Shown here in pieces: positions 18,094 to 26,972 of a stretch of 64,000 bases of DNA. The translations under genes and the position numbers were made by a program. Origin of the DNA: Methylophilus sp. (lineage in GTDB: Bacteria > Pseudomonadota > Gammaproteobacteria > Burkholderiales > Methylophilaceae). Each line of letters starts with the position of its first letter. Position 1 is the stretch's first letter. The notes beneath the pieces were generated by a model, which was not told the origin of the DNA, made no database searches, and saw only the letters and a program-made list of their open reading frames with translations. Location of the stretch: assembly GCA_044228125.1 (NCBI GenBank), contig JBGAVM010000009.1, forward strand, positions 23,020 through 87,019, read 5' to 3'.

Positions 18094-19866
18094 ATGTATA
18101 TCTATGATGATATTGACCAGAAGCTTGTTGAGCAGCGTGTTTCTCAATTTAGGGGGCAGACGCAGCGATTCCTGAGCGGTCAGTTAAATGACGAGGAGTT
18201 CCGCGTTTTGCGACTCCAGAATGGGTTATATATCCAACGACATGCGCCTATGTTAAGGGTTGCTATTCCCTATGGCATGTTAACCTCGAAACAGCTGCGT
18301 ACACTTGCTTATGTCGCGCGGCGATGGGATAAAGGCTATGGTCATTTAACCACAAGGCAGAACATTCAGTTTAATTGGCTCCGGCTGGAAGATGCCCCTG
18401 ATGTATTAGCTAAGCTCGCAACCGTGCAGATGCATGCAATCCAGACCAGTGGCAACTGTATTCGCAATACCACTACAGATCATTTTGCCGGCGTTGCGGC
18501 CGATGAATTAATCAATCCGCTGGTGTGGTGTGAAATTATCCGCCAATGGTCAATGCTACATCCTGAATTCGCATTTCTGCCGCGCAAATTCAAAATTGCA
18601 GTAAGTGGATCCATAACTGACAGGGCTGCTGTTGGTGTCCATGATATCGGTTTGCAAGCGGTAGAAAAAAATGGAGTATTCGGGTTCAGGGTCTTCGTTG
18701 GCGGTGGCTTAGGCAGAACACCTATTGTAGGAAAATTAATCAAGCCCTTTGTGGCGTGGCATGACTTATTAACCTACCTGCAAGCCACACTGCGGGTATA
18801 CAACCTGCATGGAAGACGGGACAACAAGTATAAAGCCCGCATAAAAATTCTGGTGAAAGACCTTACGCCAGAAGTTTTTGCGAATGAAGTTGATGAGCAA
18901 TGGAAGCTTATTAAAGGTGGTCCGGATACCGTAACAGAAGAGTTTGTAAAAAGTATTGCAGGCAAGTTCAAGTGGCCGGAATACGATCTGAATACTGAAA
19001 TCAGTGATGCGTTCTACTCCAGCAAGTTGGCGGCTGATGCTGGATTTTATCGATGGTCACGCACTAATACTCACCCCCATAAAGTATCAGGATACGCATC
19101 AGTTACGATTTCATTAAAGGCGACTGGAGCACCTCCCGGAGACATCACCGCCGACCAGATGGATGCAATTGCCGATATGGCCGAAAAGTATGGTTTTGGT
19201 GAGCTGCGTATCTCTCACGAGCAGAACATCATCATGCCTGACGTCAGGAAGAACGATCTATATATGCTATGGCAAGAGCTGCGATTACTGAATCTGGCTA
19301 CACCGAATATAGGCTTGATCACCAATATTATTTCATGTCCGGGTGGAGATTATTGCAGCCTGGCGAATGCAGTAACGATTCCCGTTGCTGAAGCGATACA
19401 GAACACATTTTCCGATCTTGATTATATCTACGAAATCGGTGAGTTGGACCTCAATTTATCAGGCTGCATGAATTCCTGCGGCCATCACCATGTTGGACAT
19501 ATAGGCATACTAGGTGTCGATAAAGCCGGTGAGGAATGGTATCAGGTCACGATTGGCGGCAGACAAAATGGGGCTTTAAACAATACCCTGAATCATGGAT
19601 TGGACCATAGCAGTGTTACCCATAGTGAGATCACCAATGGTGCAGAAGCTGCAATAGGACGCGTAATAGGCCCTTCATTCGCACGTGAACAGATACCTGA
19701 TGTGATACATCGTCTGGTCAAAACCTATCTAAGGCTACGCGACAGCGAGGAAGAGAGATTTATAGATGTGGTGCATCGATTAGGGATCGAACCCTTTAAA
19801 AAGGATGTGTATGCAGATCCTTCGCTCTCTAAACCTTCAACTTTATCGAAAGAAACCTATGTTTGA
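18094..19866 (+). CDS. Nitrite/sulfite reductase hemoprotein (siroheme, 4Fe-4S)
   Basis: LRLQNGLY, TTRQNIQ, LPRKFK, CPGGDYCSLA and GCMNSCGHH motifs. Confidence 0.92.
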   Translation: MYIYDDIDQKLVEQRVSQFRGQTQRFLSGQLNDEEFRVLRLQNGLYIQRHAPMLRVAIPYGMLTSKQLRTLAYVARRWDKGYGHLTTRQNIQFNWLRLEDAPDVLAKLATVQMHAIQTSGNCIRNTTTDHFAGVAADELINPLVWCEIIRQWSMLHPEFAFLPRKFKIAVSGSITDRAAVGVHDIGLQAVEKNGVFGFRVFVGGGLGRTPIVGKLIKPFVAWHDLLTYLQATLRVYNLHGRRDNKYKARIKILVKDLTPEVFANEVDEQWKLIKGGPDTVTEEFVKSIAGKFKWPEYDLNTEISDAFYSSKLAADAGFYRWSRTNTHPHKVSGYASVTISLKATGAPPGDITADQMDAIADMAEKYGFGELRISHEQNIIMPDVRKNDLYMLWQELRLLNLATPNIGLITNIISCPGGDYCSLANAVTIPVAEAIQNTFSDLDYIYEIGELDLNLSGCMNSCGHHHVGHIGILGVDKAGEEWYQVTIGGRQNGALNNTLNHGLDHSSVTHSEITNGAEAAIGRVIGPSFAREQIPDVIHRLVKTYLRLRDSEEERFIDVVHRLGIEPFKKDVYADPSLSKPSTLSKETYV

Positions 19867-20389
19867 GATAACCCCAAGACTGTTGCGCAACGGTCAGGTC
19901 GAGTTTAACGAAGTACTGTTATTTGATACAAGCGATGAAATAAACAGTTCTTTAGGTGTTCCACCTGACCAAAAGAATTGGATGATGCGCCTTGATGATT
20001 GGCTTGAGAAGCGTGAGCTTTTATTGAATCGTAGATTTCCCGTTGGCATATTAATTTCATCTGACACAGACTTGGCTGCAACATTAAGCAACCACAGTAA
20101 GCTTTTACAAATCACAGATATTGCATTCATCGCGATTGATTTTCCAAGTTATACCGATGGCAGAGGCTATTCTTTAGCTCAACTTATCAAAACCGTTTAT
20201 GGCTGGCATGGGGAATTGAGAGCCGTCGGCGACGTCATGATCGACACTGTGTTTTATATGGCCCGGTGTGGTTTTAACAGTTTCCTAATTAAAGAAGGAC
20301 ATGATCCCCAACTGGCATTGCAAGCGCTTGGTACGTTTACTGAGCAGTATCAAAAGTCCTACAGGCTGCCAGGCACTGCTGACATTTAA
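19859..20389 (+). CDS. DUF934 protein (sulfite reductase partner)
   Basis: FPSYTDGRGYS, GELRAVGDV and RCGF motifs; start overlaps the reductase stop. Confidence 0.88.
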   Translation: MFEITPRLLRNGQVEFNEVLLFDTSDEINSSLGVPPDQKNWMMRLDDWLEKRELLLNRRFPVGILISSDTDLAATLSNHSKLLQITDIAFIAIDFPSYTDGRGYSLAQLIKTVYGWHGELRAVGDVMIDTVFYMARCGFNSFLIKEGHDPQLALQALGTFTEQYQKSYRLPGTADI

Positions 20390-20456
20390 ACACCTTTGTA
20401 ACTATTAAGTTCAGGTGTGTGCGTTTGAATAATGCAATTACAAGTAAGGAAATAGC

Positions 20457-21890
20457 ATGACAACAAGTATCAAACCATCAAAGAAAGTGATTCCAATCGT
20501 AAGCGATCATTCATCAGATAAATTCATGTCGATGTATGAGGCGCAAAGCAAAATCTATCCTCGCAATATATCCGGAATCTTTAAAAACTGGCGCTGGATC
20601 ATGATCTGGATTACACAAATTGTGTTCTACGGTACGCCCTGGCTTATGTGGAATGACCGACAAGCCATGCTGCTAGATGTCAGTACTCATCGTTTTTACA
20701 TTTTCGGCCTGGTGCTATACCCTCAGGATTTAATCTACCTAGTTGTAATCCTGATCATTTCTGCGCTGGCATTGTTTCTTTTTACAGCCGTTGCCGGACG
20801 TCTGTGGTGTGGTTTCTCGTGTCCACAATCTGTTTATACAGAAATATTTCTATGGATGGAGCGCAAAATAGAGGGTGACCGGGCTGCCCGCATGCGTCTG
20901 GACAGCATGAAATTCAGCTTCAAGAAGCTCCACAAGAAATTTCTGAAACATGCAGCCTGGATTGGTTTTTCAATGGTTACGGGATTTACCTTCCTTGGAT
21001 ACTTTTCTCCCATCAGGGATCTTTTGGATAACATCATTCAATATCGATTAAGCCCATGGGAGACCTTCTGGATATGTTTCTATGGTTTTGCTACTTACGG
21101 CAATGCGGGTTTCTTGCGTGAACAGGTTTGTAAACATATGTGCCCATATGCCCGCTTTCAGAGCGCCATGTTTGACAATGACACCCTCATTGTTACTTAT
21201 GACCAGGAGCGTGGTGAACCTCGCAGCGGTCGTTCACGCAATGTTGATGCGAAAAAAGAAGGTTTAGGTGACTGCATTGATTGCAGCTTTTGTGTGCAGG
21301 TCTGTCCCGTTGGCATTGATATCCGCAATGGTTTGCAATACGAGTGCATTAGTTGCGGCCTGTGTGTTGATGCATGCAACAGCATTATGGACAAGATGCA
21401 ATACCCACGAGGCTTGATTCGTTTCTCCACCCAGAACGGCGTTGAGAAACATTGGTCCCAGCATCAAATCCTCAAGAAAATATTACGTCCGCGCGTACTG
21501 ATCTATAGTGGATTATTAATACTGTTGTCTTTAGGATTGGTACTATCTTTAACAATTCGCCCAGCATTTAAAGTGGATGTTAACCGTGATCGTGGTGTCA
21601 TGTCCCGTTTAGCGCCTGGGGGCATGGTAGAAAACGTTTATCAGATACAATTGACCAATGTAACTGAAAATCAGCAAACCTATCGTGTATCGGTTCATGG
21701 ATTAAAGGGAATGACTACAACTTCAGATACAGAGATTACAGTCAATCCAGCTAGTGAACGATTGGTCGCGATCAGCTTGCAAATTGCGGACGGATCCATT
21801 CGAAAAGGTACCCATCCAATTATGTTTGATGTTGAGTCGGTTACCTCAAAAGAGCATGTTGAACAGAAATCTAGTTTTTACATGCCTTGA
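20457..21890 (+). CDS. ccoG: Cytochrome cbb3 oxidase accessory Fe-S protein CcoG/FixG
   Basis: GRLWCGFSCPQ, CKHMCPY, CIDCSFCVQVCP and CISCGLCVDAC motifs. Confidence 0.92.
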   Translation: MTTSIKPSKKVIPIVSDHSSDKFMSMYEAQSKIYPRNISGIFKNWRWIMIWITQIVFYGTPWLMWNDRQAMLLDVSTHRFYIFGLVLYPQDLIYLVVILIISALALFLFTAVAGRLWCGFSCPQSVYTEIFLWMERKIEGDRAARMRLDSMKFSFKKLHKKFLKHAAWIGFSMVTGFTFLGYFSPIRDLLDNIIQYRLSPWETFWICFYGFATYGNAGFLREQVCKHMCPYARFQSAMFDNDTLIVTYDQERGEPRSGRSRNVDAKKEGLGDCIDCSFCVQVCPVGIDIRNGLQYECISCGLCVDACNSIMDKMQYPRGLIRFSTQNGVEKHWSQHQILKKILRPRVLIYSGLLILLSLGLVLSLTIRPAFKVDVNRDRGVMSRLAPGGMVENVYQIQLTNVTENQQTYRVSVHGLKGMTTTSDTEITVNPASERLVAISLQIADGSIRKGTHPIMFDVESVTSKEHVEQKSSFYMP

Positions 21891-21970
21891 TAATTAAATT
21901 GTATATTGCTTCTTGCCATTCAGAAACGGTAGTGAATTATACCTAGCTGCTGTCGCAACTAGGTTATAAC

Positions 21971-21992
21971 AAAGGGAGCCATGGCTCCCTTT
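21971..21992 (+). terminator. Terminator after ccoG
   Basis: Perfect palindrome AAAGGGAGCCATGGCTCCCTTT followed by T-rich sequence. Confidence 0.7.
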
Positions 21993-22020
21993 TCATTTAA
22001 GTCTTCAGTTTATTATGGAG

Positions 22021-22052
22021 TAAATGGCTGCTATGCGGATGCAGTTGTAAAT
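22021..22052 (+). repeat. Cassette-boundary dyad site H
   Basis: TAAATGGCTGCTAT-GCGGAT-GCAGTTGTAAAT, similar to site G. Confidence 0.6.
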
Positions 22053-22082
22053 CAGCACAGCTAATTTTAATAGCTGTGCTGA
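22052..22082 (-). terminator. Hairpin downstream of the small recombinase
   Basis: TCAGCACAGCTA-N7-TAGCTGTGCTGA, 12-bp perfect stem. Confidence 0.6.
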
Positions 22083-22092
22083 ATTCGATCTA

Positions 22093-22719
22093 TTAAACCT
22101 CTGTCTGTTCGGCTAATTCCAATGCATCTTCTACTTCTATTCCAAGATAACGCACAGTACTATCAAGTTTTGTGTGTCCCAGGAGTAATTGAATAGCACG
22201 TAGATTCTTTGTGCGCTTGTAGATCAGGGATGCTTTAGTTCTCCTCATTGTATGTGTACCGTAATTCGCCGAATCTAAACCAATTTCCTCTACCCATGCA
22301 TTAACAATACGAGCGTACTGCCTGGTGGATAAATGTGGTGAATCGTGAATGCGGCTAGGAAATAAAAAATCTTCCGATCTCAGATGTGCATATTCTATCC
22401 ATGCATATAAGGAATTGCGTGTTTGTTCAGTAATTTCAAAATGTACAGGAAGACCTGTTTTTTGTTGCATCACAATAGCGCGAGCCGTGATTTGATTGCC
22501 ATGAGAAATATCCCGAACTTTTAGTTTAACCAGATCACAGCCGCGAAGCTTGCTATCGATAGCCAAATTAAATAATGCAAGATCACGAACGCGCTGAAAC
22601 AACTCCAAACGAATTCGTATTGCCCAGATTTCCTTTAGATTAAGAGGCGATTTTTGGCCAACAAGTTTATTTTTGTTCCATGGTTCACGATTACCAATTG
22701 AATATGATTGAATTACCAT
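22093..22719 (-). CDS. Small tyrosine recombinase (208 aa, catalytic domain only, 'PWNK..LVGQK' type)
   Basis: Intact R...K...HxxR...H...Y set: SKLRGCDL, HTMRRT, LLGH, TVRYLG. AGGAG RBS. Confidence 0.92.
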   Translation of the reverse strand: MVIQSYSIGNREPWNKNKLVGQKSPLNLKEIWAIRIRLELFQRVRDLALFNLAIDSKLRGCDLVKLKVRDISHGNQITARAIVMQQKTGLPVHFEITEQTRNSLYAWIEYAHLRSEDFLFPSRIHDSPHLSTRQYARIVNAWVEEIGLDSANYGTHTMRRTKASLIYKRTKNLRAIQLLLGHTKLDSTVRYLGIEVEDALELAEQTEV

Positions 22720-22794
22720 GATATTAATCTCCTATAAACAGGGAGTAATAGCTTGCACTTTTATAGGCTAATATTGCAGTGGAAAATGGAAAGC

Positions 22795-22826
22795 TGAACG
22801 TCCGCAATGCGGATTGAGGGGACGTT
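22795..22826 (+). repeat. Cassette-boundary dyad site I, upstream of recombinase
   Basis: TGAACGTCCGCAAT-GCGG-ATTGAGGGGACGTT with AACGTCC/GGACGTT outer dyad. Confidence 0.7.
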
Positions 22827-23058
22827 AAAATTTAATTATCGTCATCCTTTCCTCAAGCTTTTAATTCAAAAATTATCAGCATGTCTAATAATTTTAGCAA
22901 TATTGAGTAAGAACAATATATTATTGTTACAACAATCAAATGCAACAATCCGCCATTTATGCTCCAACTCGATATATCACCCTCATCGACGTCAACAACT
23001 TTTACGTCACCCTCTGATGAAAACTCCTCCAACGTCCCTCGCATTCATGATGACTTCG

Positions 23059-26000
23059 CTAAAACGCTGTCTTAATTGCAAATGTAGCCGCCGTTGCATT
23101 CCAGTTTTCGGCAGTCTGATGGCTTACATTGAATGTGATACTGGTGTGGTCTGCTACCTGCCCGGTTAAACTTAGACCAAGATTTAGACGGTCTCGACCG
23201 ATAGCGCCACTTTTTACTTGATAGGTCTGGTTAAGCATGCGGACATCAAATTCTGTCCTGACATCAGCAAGCTCATGATGAACACTGCCTGATATTACTG
23301 TAAGCCAATTAACATTATTGGATTTAAAAGGAAGACTGATGTTAGCGCCTATGCTACCCATAAGTGAGTGGCTGGTATCGCCATCAACATTCAATTGATT
23401 GATAGCATCTCCACCTTTGTCTTTAAAACCAAAGTGATGCATACCCAGGTATGCCATGCCTATTTCTGTCTCATAACGAATATTTTGAGTGGTTACATCA
23501 CTCCAGCCCGCCATAATTGTCGAGTTAAAATTGGCGGTATAGATGTCATGCTGGTATCGGTTATTAAGCACTGATACATAACGTTTTGCATCAATCTGCC
23601 CGCCGCCAACCCCAGCTGCACCCTGCAGGTAGAAACCACTATCATACGTTTTGCTGGCATAGCCCATCAACTGCAGATTGTGCATGGCTCCACTACCCAT
23701 ACTGTCCCGCATATCAGTACTGCTGTTTGCATAAGCAACAGAGAATCCTGCGTTAGTTTGCTCATTAATTCTTTTTTGTACTCCGCCCATCAGGCCGCCA
23801 AGTGTGTCATGCATGCCATGACCGTATCGATCCCCGCCCCATGATGAAACTAAACCGATGGCAGTACCCCAAACCTTGGTATCACCTGCATTAAACATTT
23901 CAGTATTATCTATTTTGGATAGGGTTTTATTGCTCCAGTCATGGTCGCGCCGCTGATTACCCGCTACAGTCATGGTCTGGTTGGCAATGAAACGGGTATT
24001 CTCACGGTTCATGCCTATCAGTTGCGCATATCCGACACCAGCAAGCTGGTCAAACGCAATGGGTAAATTGCCTGCATTTTGAGAGGCAAGGTTATCAAAC
24101 AATGTTTTTGTGATTGAGTCAGTTAGGCGCACGCCAGGAGTGGGACGCATCGTCTCCAGAATCCCGCCTATGGATTGACGCGTGCTATTAGTTTGAACTC
24201 CGGCACCAGCGAGATTGCTATAACTTGACGGCGTGGCGTAGAGCGTTAATGCATGGCTGCCATACACAAGATCCATTCTTGTGCCTGACATTAATCCGGC
24301 AGCAGGTTGGGTAAATGTAGCGTAACTTCCAGCAATACCACCTTCTGCGGAAACGAATTTAAATCCCTGACCCAATGCTGGTGTGAAAGTATTGGTTGCC
24401 GGCACCGTGATGCCGCGTAGGATGGGAACGAGCGTACCGCCAGCCGTGTATGTATTTGCTGCGCCAAGCACAACAATTCTATCGTAGTTGCCGGCACCAT
24501 TTGCAGTTCCGGCGCCATCGATTTCTATTTCAAGCGTACTGCCAGCTTTCTGCACCACATTCCCATATGCAAGCAGCGTTCCCGGTGAGTTGCCTGGAGC
24601 TAGGGTTCCGCCATCGTTCACAGCGACATTGGCTACGCTACCGTAACCTTTAAGCGTACCACCGCTGGCAACAACAGTACTTGAGAGTATAGATCCGTTA
24701 ACGGCGAGAGCGCCCCCTGTAACCGTGGTGTCTCCGGTGTAGGTATTTTTGCCGGTTAATTCTAAAGTGCCATTTCCTAGCTTTTGCAAGCCTCCACTAC
24801 CTGAAATATCATTATTCCATACCGATGAAAATCCTTGTGTGTTCACTTCCCAATTTTTAGTTAATTGACCAGGGCCATCAATAGCTTTACCCAAGTTAAG
24901 CAGCCCCCATCCATACAGTGCATCTATACCGGGATCACCTATATCTGTAGCTGTTGTGAACATGGTCAATTTGACTTGCTCCATCGTCATATAAGGGAAC
25001 GCCTGCAAAATCACTGCAAGCGCACCTGAAACAATTGGCGCAGCCATGGAGGTGCCACTCATTCTCGTGTAGTTGCCACCAGCCTCAGGAAATACATTTG
25101 GATAAAAATCATGGTAAAGCGCATTGATACTGTCATCTAATGAGCCGGGTACATTTACTGAAAAGACACCATTATTGATAAAGCTTGTGGGAAAATTATC
25201 TATCACATCACCGCCTGGCGCGGAAATGCACCAATTTTTGGCGACTCCGCATTCGTTGCCATAGCTTGATTCCTTACCATCAAGCGTTAATGCATTTACT
25301 GCAACCCAGTTAGCCGTTAATTCTGGAAAATAGTAGGGAAGTGCTGCTTGGATACTTGGCTGATTAGCGTTGTCATTGCCAGTAGCAAAGACTAATAATG
25401 TGCCTGTTTTTAAAACTTCATTAATACCAAGTTCTTTAACTTCTAAAGTCAGTTTTTCTAGGGTAAGGTTTTCTGGTGGCATATCACTAATCGAGCCAGA
25501 TCCCCAGCTATTATTGATGATCCTCGCTCCAGACATAATGAGATGGGGATAGAAAGCATCTCCAGAAGGATTAACCCAGCCACTAACATCGCCGATACCT
25601 GCTACTACAAGCTTCGCGTCATATGCCACTCCATGCATGCCAACACCGTCTCGGCTGGCCGCAATAATTCCGGAAACATGAGAACCATGTCCACTCGGGT
25701 CATCAATAGGAAATACATATTTATTGAGGAGATCCCCCCAATAGTCGCCTTTGGGCAGAGTATTCTCACCAAAATACCTGACAAATTCAAAGTCGCGACC
25801 TATGAATTCCGGATGATTAATGGCAATGCCGCTGTCAGATACACCGACGACAATGCCCGCACCGGTATAGCCTCTGTCGTAAGCAACCTGCGCATTGATA
25901 AGCGCTAATCCCGCCTGAGCATCATATTCATCACTGTAGCTGTCCGCATAAGCATTGGATGTAGCAATTAACAACAGCATTACATGACGAAAGACCTGTT

Positions 26001-26085
26001 TGAAAATAGCAATCAATGGCTGAATATCATGTCTAGATGGCATAAAAAATGACTTTGAATATTTGAAAAAAGCCAATAAACACAT
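23059..26085 (-). CDS. Subtilase (S8) autotransporter serine protease (likely start 26043)
   Basis: Triad VSDSG / HGSHVSG / GTSMAAP, passenger repeat GGLQKLGNGTLELTGKNTYTG, C-terminal beta-barrel ending in F. Confidence 0.92.
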   Translation of the reverse strand: MCLLAFFKYSKSFFMPSRHDIQPLIAIFKQVFRHVMLLLIATSNAYADSYSDEYDAQAGLALINAQVAYDRGYTGAGIVVGVSDSGIAINHPEFIGRDFEFVRYFGENTLPKGDYWGDLLNKYVFPIDDPSGHGSHVSGIIAASRDGVGMHGVAYDAKLVVAGIGDVSGWVNPSGDAFYPHLIMSGARIINNSWGSGSISDMPPENLTLEKLTLEVKELGINEVLKTGTLLVFATGNDNANQPSIQAALPYYFPELTANWVAVNALTLDGKESSYGNECGVAKNWCISAPGGDVIDNFPTSFINNGVFSVNVPGSLDDSINALYHDFYPNVFPEAGGNYTRMSGTSMAAPIVSGALAVILQAFPYMTMEQVKLTMFTTATDIGDPGIDALYGWGLLNLGKAIDGPGQLTKNWEVNTQGFSSVWNNDISGSGGLQKLGNGTLELTGKNTYTGDTTVTGGALAVNGSILSSTVVASGGTLKGYGSVANVAVNDGGTLAPGNSPGTLLAYGNVVQKAGSTLEIEIDGAGTANGAGNYDRIVVLGAANTYTAGGTLVPILRGITVPATNTFTPALGQGFKFVSAEGGIAGSYATFTQPAAGLMSGTRMDLVYGSHALTLYATPSSYSNLAGAGVQTNSTRQSIGGILETMRPTPGVRLTDSITKTLFDNLASQNAGNLPIAFDQLAGVGYAQLIGMNRENTRFIANQTMTVAGNQRRDHDWSNKTLSKIDNTEMFNAGDTKVWGTAIGLVSSWGGDRYGHGMHDTLGGLMGGVQKRINEQTNAGFSVAYANSSTDMRDSMGSGAMHNLQLMGYASKTYDSGFYLQGAAGVGGGQIDAKRYVSVLNNRYQHDIYTANFNSTIMAGWSDVTTQNIRYETEIGMAYLGMHHFGFKDKGGDAINQLNVDGDTSHSLMGSIGANISLPFKSNNVNWLTVISGSVHHELADVRTEFDVRMLNQTYQVKSGAIGRDRLNLGLSLTGQVADHTSITFNVSHQTAENWNATAATFAIKTAF

Positions 26086-26288
26086 TACTCAAGGCATTTT
26101 GAGGATATGGGCTAGGCATGTATTCAGTATCTACCCCAAATTGATTCTTCAAGTTGATTTAAAGCAAAATTACTTTATAAGAGAATTTGTACCAATCCAA
26201 AACCAGTTCCATCTTTATTCTGTTCACCATACTTGAGCCTAATCTTCCCGGCTTTACTCGGGTAAAATTTGAATTGCCCCGGCGGCAG

Positions 26289-26456
26289 TTACTTCTGCTT
26301 GCTGGCTAGAGTTTTCTGCGCTTTGCGGTTCTGCTGTTCTTCCAGTGCTGCCTGCAGTATCGCTTTCCTCGCTGCCGGGCTTAAACTCCGTAGCCTCTGT
26401 AATAGTTTCTCTTTCCTTGTTGCCTGCGATTCTAAGTTCTTCATATTGTGTTCCAT
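26289..26456 (-). CDS. Small helical basic protein, 55 aa (not in ORF track)
   Basis: MEHNMKNLESQATRKEKLLQRLRSLSPAARKAILQAALEEQQNRKAQKTLASKQK; TAAGGA RBS; co-oriented with backbone genes. Confidence 0.55.
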   Translation of the reverse strand: MEHNMKNLESQATRKEKLLQRLRSLSPAARKAILQAALEEQQNRKAQKTLASKQK

Positions 26457-26648
26457 TTAAAATTTCCTTATTAAATAATTTCTTTAATTGCCGTGACTAA
26501 ACTAGAAACTTTACAGCCTCGCGCGCGTGTATTGCTCCTGTAATTTATAATTCTGAAAAAGCACTGACTTTTATTTGATGCCAGAATAGAAGCCAGTGCC
26601 TTTATTCGTAATGCATTTTCAAGATTGGACTTTTTAATGCTTGAAGTC

Positions 26649-26972
26649 TCATTCATTTGCATTTCTGGCAACATCATCACTTACCGGTGAACTAATTGGC
26701 TCTGCAGCTACTGCTTGGGGATTGAGGGCCAAAGCTTCATCCTGACTACATGGTGGCCAAATAGCCACTTCTACTGGCTCACAGTCAACATAATGTATTA
26801 GCCACCAATTGCTGACAATCTCATTACTAATAGAAATTCCCTTTTTTTCGGGCGTTGCTACTTGCACTCGTGCTATTCGTGCTACTCCGTTTTCATTTTT
26901 GATTGCAGAAGTAGCATTAGTAGCACGAGTAGCAGTAGCATTGGTGAAATTATCCAGAATATCTCTAAGCAT
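26649..26972 (-). CDS. Hypothetical backbone protein overlapping iteron-like repeats
   Basis: Coupled to the DUF3987 stop with GGAGG RBS; ATATRATNAT/VARIARV arise from the DNA repeats. Confidence 0.6.
   Translation of the reverse strand: MLRDILDNFTNATATRATNATSAIKNENGVARIARVQVATPEKKGISISNEIVSNWWLIHYVDCEPVEVAIWPPCSQDEALALNPQAVAAEPISSPVSDDVARNANE
26856..26940. repeat. Oppositely oriented TGCTAC/GTAGCA iteron arrays, putative replication origin
   Basis: TGCTAC-like units at 26856, 26871 and 26880, inverted GTAGCA at 26911, 26920, 26929 and 26935, around an AT-rich spacer. Confidence 0.6.

Noticed and set aside
22093-22719. Integron integrase (IntI) or XerC/D
   Set aside because: Only 208 aa, with no N-terminal core-binding domain or IntI-specific insertion visible. 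The flanking sites are not attC/attI or dif-like in sequence.
22807-23169. ORFs 22807-23169 (+) and 22853-23044 (-)
   Set aside because: The first starts within site I and overlaps the autotransporter end. Neither has recognisable motifs; at most a gene remnant.
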